DNA from: Candidatus Latescibacterota bacterium
GTDB lineage: Bacteria; Latescibacterota; UBA2968; GCA-2709665
Length of the DNA stretch: 64,000 nucleotides
Reading direction: 5' to 3'
Assembly (NCBI GenBank): GCA_963667175.2
Contig: CAXXXF010000006.1
Span: forward strand, 32,001-96,000
Made by a program: the position numbers and the translations under genes. Numbering within the stretch: the first letter of the stretch is position 1; each line of letters begins with the position of its first letter. Below are positions 59,980 to 64,000 of this stretch, piece after piece. Under the pieces are notes generated by a model that saw only the letters and a program-made list of their open reading frames with translations, did not search any database and was not told where the DNA came from.

Positions 59980-60064
59980 GACTAACGTTCTTGCCGTGTG
60001 CGAACTGCCGAAGACAGTGGGACGAAGGGGCGGATGCACCAGGCCGCACGCGGTCGAGTTACAC
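59980..60064 (-). repeat. attC-like site
   Basis: gactaacgtt ... ccgtgtgcg/cgcacgcgg arms ... gttacac containing the NUDIX stop codon. Confidence 0.85.
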
Positions 60065-60565
60065 GTTGCCGTGGCCGGGTGGACGTAACCTGTCGTTCAT
60101 AGCCGGAAGCTCTTCAATCTTGCCGGTATTCAGACGTTCATTGAGTTCCCAGAGTGCGATTCGGTTGCTTTCCCATGTGAGCAGCCTTGTAGCTTCCTTA
60201 AAGGATAACCAGCTCACCTTGTCATGTTCATGTGACAAATCAAGTTCTTGACCGCTTACATCAACCGCAAATGAGTATTCAGGCACGACAAAGATGTCCT
60301 TGGACCAGTGTTCTGTTGGTGAGAATACCGTCTTGGGGACGGATGCGCGAGAATCCAGCCGAAAGAAACGTGCCCCCTTTGGAATGCCTGCCTCCTCTTC
60401 TGCCTCACGCCGTGCGGTTTGCTCTGCCGTCTCATCGTCTTCGGCGCCACCCGCAATGAACTGCCACATAGAGTCATCCGCCCTATGGAAGACGGCAAAC
60501 TGGTATCCGACACTCTCACTCTCCCTGAACGGTATCACGATCACTTGTAGTGGTTGCCTTGCCAT
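60059..60565 (-). CDS. NUDIX hydrolase
   Basis: GGAEDDETAEQTARREAEEEAGI and LSHEH. Confidence 0.92.
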   Translation of the reverse strand: MARQPLQVIVIPFRESESVGYQFAVFHRADDSMWQFIAGGAEDDETAEQTARREAEEEAGIPKGARFFRLDSRASVPKTVFSPTEHWSKDIFVVPEYSFAVDVSGQELDLSHEHDKVSWLSFKEATRLLTWESNRIALWELNERLNTGKIEELPAMNDRLRPPGHGNV

Positions 60566-60638
60566 GCCAACTATTCTCTCGGGCTGGGTCGCTCAAACTC
60601 GTCCATCACAGCAGAAATATAGCCCCGCCACGGTTTTC

Positions 60639-60723
60639 GTGTAACGTTCCCGCCACTTGCGAACCGCCGAGCGAAACGAGGTGGTTGCCGTCAGGCCAGG
60701 GAGCGCAAGTGGACGTGTTAGCG
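60639..60723 (-). repeat. attC-like site
   Basis: gtgtaacgtt ... ccacttgcg/cgcaagtgg arms ... gttagcg containing the upstream stop codon. Confidence 0.88.
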
Positions 60724-61239
60724 GCCTGTGCGGTCGCTGGCAGGCTTAAATCCCTGGACACCGATCTCGTCGTGTAGAATCCGATCAACGATGCAGCCAA
60801 GTTGCTGCACTTTCGCAAATTCGGCAGAGAGTTTCTCAATCAGGTCATCGTCGCCGAAGCGAACGTCTCGACTGAAGACCTTCATCGTACTGTTCGACAC
60901 CTTGTATCCCTTCCATGTCTCAATCATACCGCGTGCTTCTTTCACAAAAGGCCGGCTGAAAGCAGCGCGCTTCAATCGAGTTCCCGGAAATGTGTCTTGA
61001 TGAAGCACGTGCATGACAACACGTGTCTTCTTCTGTTGCATTTCACGGTCAGTAATCCAGGTCTCGAAATGGATACCCATTCCGTCTTGATTGAACCATA
61101 GGTCCCTGAACAGTTGAAGCCCTGATCCACCACTCTTGGGAAACGTGTCCAGTCGCGTTTCCCACCCATCCGAAAACCAGTCTGCCGTACGCAAATTACC
61201 GTCCAGCTTCTCCATCAAGGACGAATAGTCACTCCCCAT
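60718..61239 (-). CDS. Hypothetical protein
   Basis: 173 aa ORF with GGAGAGG RBS overlapping the upstream gene end; stop lies in the attC core. Confidence 0.7.
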   Translation of the reverse strand: MGSDYSSLMEKLDGNLRTADWFSDGWETRLDTFPKSGGSGLQLFRDLWFNQDGMGIHFETWITDREMQQKKTRVVMHVLHQDTFPGTRLKRAAFSRPFVKEARGMIETWKGYKVSNSTMKVFSRDVRFGDDDLIEKLSAEFAKVQQLGCIVDRILHDEIGVQGFKPASDRTGR

Positions 61240-62347
61240 CGGCCTCTCCTCTGCTTTCTGACGGGTGATCTGTCACTGCAGGCAAGACATGCCTTGTTAG
61301 GATGCGAAAGACCTGGTTGGCGACTGCGGATCCGTAATTTCCGCCCGTGAAGACGATCACCATCTCAACATCGGGAATCACGAACAGGAACTGACCGCCA
61401 TTTCCTTCGGCAACGAAGGTTTTGACAGGACGTCCGGCAACACTGAAGCGGTCCAGCCACCAGCCAAACCCATATCGTTCGTTTCCAAACTGAGGGCTGA
61501 CAGATTCTTCGATCCATTCCGCAGGCAGTACCTCAACTCCGTTCCACACCCCACGGTCCAGGTACAGCTGACCGATCTTGGCCAAATCACGGGGTCTGAG
61601 ACGAAGACCTGCATGCGTTTGCGGCAATCCTGTCTTTGTCCGCCACCAATCACTCCGAACGATGCCCAGAGGTCCAAAGAGATATTCGTTGGCGAAAGCA
61701 TCTGCGTGCAGACCGGAAACCTTCTTGATAACCCCCGCAAGAAGAATCGCACATCCGCTATTGTAGTTAAACCGTCTGCCGGGTTCGTCAGACATGTCAG
61801 CTGACAGTACATATCCGATGAAGTCGTCACTGTTCTCCATCTGAGCCTCCGAGTTTGGAGAACCAGGCTCAGATTTATGCGCTCCCGATTGGTCCCACCT
61901 GAACCCGGAAGTCATCGTCAGCAGATGTCCCAAAGTGATCTGTTTTTTCTCTTCGGTTATGTGCGCGGAGTAATCCGGGAAGAATTGATGCATGGGCACG
62001 TCAACAGAATCGATGAAGCCCTTGTCAATGGCTATTCCAACGAGCGCGGACGTTACACTCTTTGAAACAGAGCGTGTGTCATGTAGCTGGTCCTTGTCGA
62101 ATACGACATGCCCCCTCCACCCATCGGCGCCCGCAAAGTACTCCTCCAGTACCAGAATGCCTCGCCGAGCAATCAGAAAGCTGTGGAGATTCTTGTACTC
62201 CCCATCCCGGATCCTGGCCAGACACTCCGCTATCGTATCCGCATCCAGACCTTGTCCAGCCAGAGTACCAGTCCTCCAACCATCGGATGCATCAGCATGA
62301 CCTGTGCTGCACAGAGTGAGGAACATTGACAAGAACAGACGGTTCAC
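61229..62347 (-). CDS. Serine hydrolase, beta-lactamase/penicillin-binding protein family, with signal peptide
   Basis: SVSK (SxxK), HLLTMTSG, FNYNS, LRPRDLAKIG and GNGGQ. Confidence 0.9.
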   Translation of the reverse strand: MNRLFLSMFLTLCSTGHADASDGWRTGTLAGQGLDADTIAECLARIRDGEYKNLHSFLIARRGILVLEEYFAGADGWRGHVVFDKDQLHDTRSVSKSVTSALVGIAIDKGFIDSVDVPMHQFFPDYSAHITEEKKQITLGHLLTMTSGFRWDQSGAHKSEPGSPNSEAQMENSDDFIGYVLSADMSDEPGRRFNYNSGCAILLAGVIKKVSGLHADAFANEYLFGPLGIVRSDWWRTKTGLPQTHAGLRLRPRDLAKIGQLYLDRGVWNGVEVLPAEWIEESVSPQFGNERYGFGWWLDRFSVAGRPVKTFVAEGNGGQFLFVIPDVEMVIVFTGGNYGSAVANQVFRILTRHVLPAVTDHPSESRGEADGE

Positions 62348-62356
62348 CGATCTGAC

Positions 62357-62500
62357 TCCTAACAGCCCGTTGAAAAAGTCCATCCGGGCTACCTGCCTGG
62401 CCGCCCGCCTGCGCCGAGTGCCGCTCGGCAGGCAGGGCAGACAGGCGTCCGGCCCTTGTGACCGAATACCGGCGTTGCCTGCCTGCAGCAGGCAGGCGCT
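62357..62500. repeat. Lone attC core followed by an IS/MITE-like end and nested CCTGCC..GGCAGG hairpins
   Basis: tcctaac|agcccgttgaaaaagtcc ... cctgcctgg...gcagacagg ... cctgcctgcagcaggcagg. Confidence 0.5.
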
Positions 62501-62521
62501 CCCTCCCGGAACTACATGGAT

Positions 62522-63481
62522 CTACCCCGGAAACTCAGTCCTCAACAGCGGTTGAACACGATACCTCCACTGGCTCTCAATCAAGGAATGGTCTGGTGAT
62601 TTTGCGGCTGCTTCCAGGATATTCGCAGCTGCCCGACTAGCCATGAGGGTAGGTATGTACTTTTCCAAATCCATGCTGAGTGAACGAACTTCACGATACC
62701 CCTTCAATAACGCATCAGTCCTCTCCTGGAAACCGGGACGACCGTAGGTGCCGGACAGGATCACAGCGATGTCATACAAATAGTAGCCGAATCCGCAGTC
62801 GCCGAAATCAATCGCGATGGCGTGACCCGGTCGAAAGAGGACATTTCCGAAACTGAGGTCTGCGTGAATGAGGCCGAACATCTCTGTGTCGCCGCCCATC
62901 TGTTGTTCCGCTTCTGTCAGCCGACCATAGACCGTTTCCAGATCGCGGCGAACAGGAGCCGGTCCGATCTCATCTAAAGGAAACTTCGAACGGAAACCAA
63001 AAAGACCCTCAGCGTCATACGTAGGGCGATCAAAACCCGTGGGTGGCGACCACGCTTCAGAGTGATTGTGCAACTCACCCGCAACGCGGCCAAGCAATTC
63101 GAAGTGCCGAGGCGATCGGTGGTCCTGATCCAGGATACGTCCGTTTAGCCAGGAAGTAACGGATACCGGGAATGGTCCGGGCACGCCTGGAACATCTGCC
63201 ACGATAACTCTTTTGCCGTCAGGCGATCTATAGGGCTGTGGAACGGAGAGCGTGGTATCGTGGCAGAGAGCCTCCAGCCAATCCAATTCCGATTCAATGA
63301 TCCGGGGCGCCTTCTTGTCACGGTGAATCCGCACTCGATAATCGCCTGAATCGCAGGTCCACTTTGACTTGCGACAACGGCATTCTCCCAAACCCAGTTC
63401 GCGGAGCGCGGCCTTTGCCACCTTGTGTAACCTACGGATCCGTCCCTGGTGAGTTAGTTCTTCGAAGCTCCGTATGGCCAT
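62522..63481 (-). CDS. Phosphotransferase (homoserine kinase type II/APH family)
   Basis: HADLSFGN and IDFGDCG. Confidence 0.88.
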   Translation of the reverse strand: MAIRSFEELTHQGRIRRLHKVAKAALRELGLGECRCRKSKWTCDSGDYRVRIHRDKKAPRIIESELDWLEALCHDTTLSVPQPYRSPDGKRVIVADVPGVPGPFPVSVTSWLNGRILDQDHRSPRHFELLGRVAGELHNHSEAWSPPTGFDRPTYDAEGLFGFRSKFPLDEIGPAPVRRDLETVYGRLTEAEQQMGGDTEMFGLIHADLSFGNVLFRPGHAIAIDFGDCGFGYYLYDIAVILSGTYGRPGFQERTDALLKGYREVRSLSMDLEKYIPTLMASRAAANILEAAAKSPDHSLIESQWRYRVQPLLRTEFPG

Positions 63482-63569
63482 TCCGACCTCCACAAAAGCA
63501 CCGTCACCATCGGTGGAGTACCGACTCTCTCGCGTGCCGCGGGACCCGGTGTCCTGTCCCAGCAATGCC

Positions 63570-63670
63570 GCCTAACGTTCTCGCCACTTGCGAAGCCGCC
63601 GCAGGCAGTTGGGCGACCGAACTCAGCTTTTGCCGCGGCCGATCTCCGGTTGCTCGGCAAGGCAACAATC
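63570..63670 (-). repeat. attC-like site (left arm clear, right arm degenerate)
   Basis: gcctaacgttctcgccacttgcgaagcc, nearly the same as the 60639 arm. Confidence 0.7.
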
Positions 63671-63751
63671 CGGCGCGATCAGCGCGATTATGGCCAATGC
63701 CAGAAGGGGAAATTGTTGGGTTGATGGAACTCTCGTGTTCGGGACTTCCAT

Positions 63752-64000
63752 TTACTTTTCGTGAATTCGTCCAACCGGAAGCAGTTCCACACCATCATCG
63801 ATGCCCTGCTTATCGCCCTCGATTTCTGCGTCGCCGTTTTTTGTGATACGACCGACAGCGAACCTGAAGCTGAAAAGGTCCGCGTGTTTGAATTGGAACT
63901 TAAGGCGCGCGGGTTTTCCGGCGTAATCCCCGGGAGTGAGTCCGGACTGCCACGTGACCGGGTGGTCGATTTCGTCACCCCGCAGTGGCTTGCAGTCGTT
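63752..64000 (-). CDS. 3' end of a beta-propeller glycoside hydrolase-like protein
   Basis: Own translation DCKPLRGDEIDHPVTWQS...ARLKFQFKHADLFSFRF resembles the C-terminus of 38673..40130. Confidence 0.7.
   Translation of the reverse strand, partial: NDCKPLRGDEIDHPVTWQSGLTPGDYAGKPARLKFQFKHADLFSFRFAVGRITKNGDAEIEGDKQGIDDGVELLPVGRIHEK

Noticed and set aside
61229-62347. Calling the serine hydrolase a true beta-lactamase (ampC)
   Set aside because: The motifs are shared with esterases and amide hydrolases of the same family, so activity cannot be assigned from sequence alone.
2451-63670. Intergenic repeats as a CRISPR array or as Rho-independent terminators
   Set aside because: They are separated by whole genes, vary in sequence and length, lack poly-T tails, and show core-site complementarity across genes. 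No cas genes are present.
1-64000. Integron integrase, transposase, tRNA or rRNA genes
   Set aside because: No ORF shows tyrosine recombinase or DDE motifs, and no tRNA or rRNA-like sequence was recognised.

Overview
The window is best read as part of a very large, partly decayed integron-like gene-cassette array. About 55 functionally unrelated genes lie almost all on the minus strand. Many are separated by about 20 copies of one family of 75-135 bp imperfect palindromes with attC anatomy (RYYYAAC-like ... GTTRRRY-like cores, paired inner arms, branched centre). For several genes the two flanking core sites are exact reverse complements, as expected for cassettes that integrated as circles. 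No integrase or attI is visible; the orientation predicts them to the right of the window. Cargo is mainly small-molecule-modifying enzymes (APH-like kinases, GNATs, NUDIX, nucleotidyltransferases, methyltransferases, phosphoesterases, hydrolases) plus four toxin-antitoxin pairs. attC-free blocks of chromosomal-looking genes (purC-like, LamG, Kelch, ECF sigma-acetyltransferase fusion) interrupt the array. A ~980 bp direct repeat brackets a HEPN-like, HNH-like and MT-A70 methyltransferase cluster plus a complete antisense group II intron. Several diverged gene fragments and short repeat clusters are present. All product calls come from motif recognition by eye; no database search was run.
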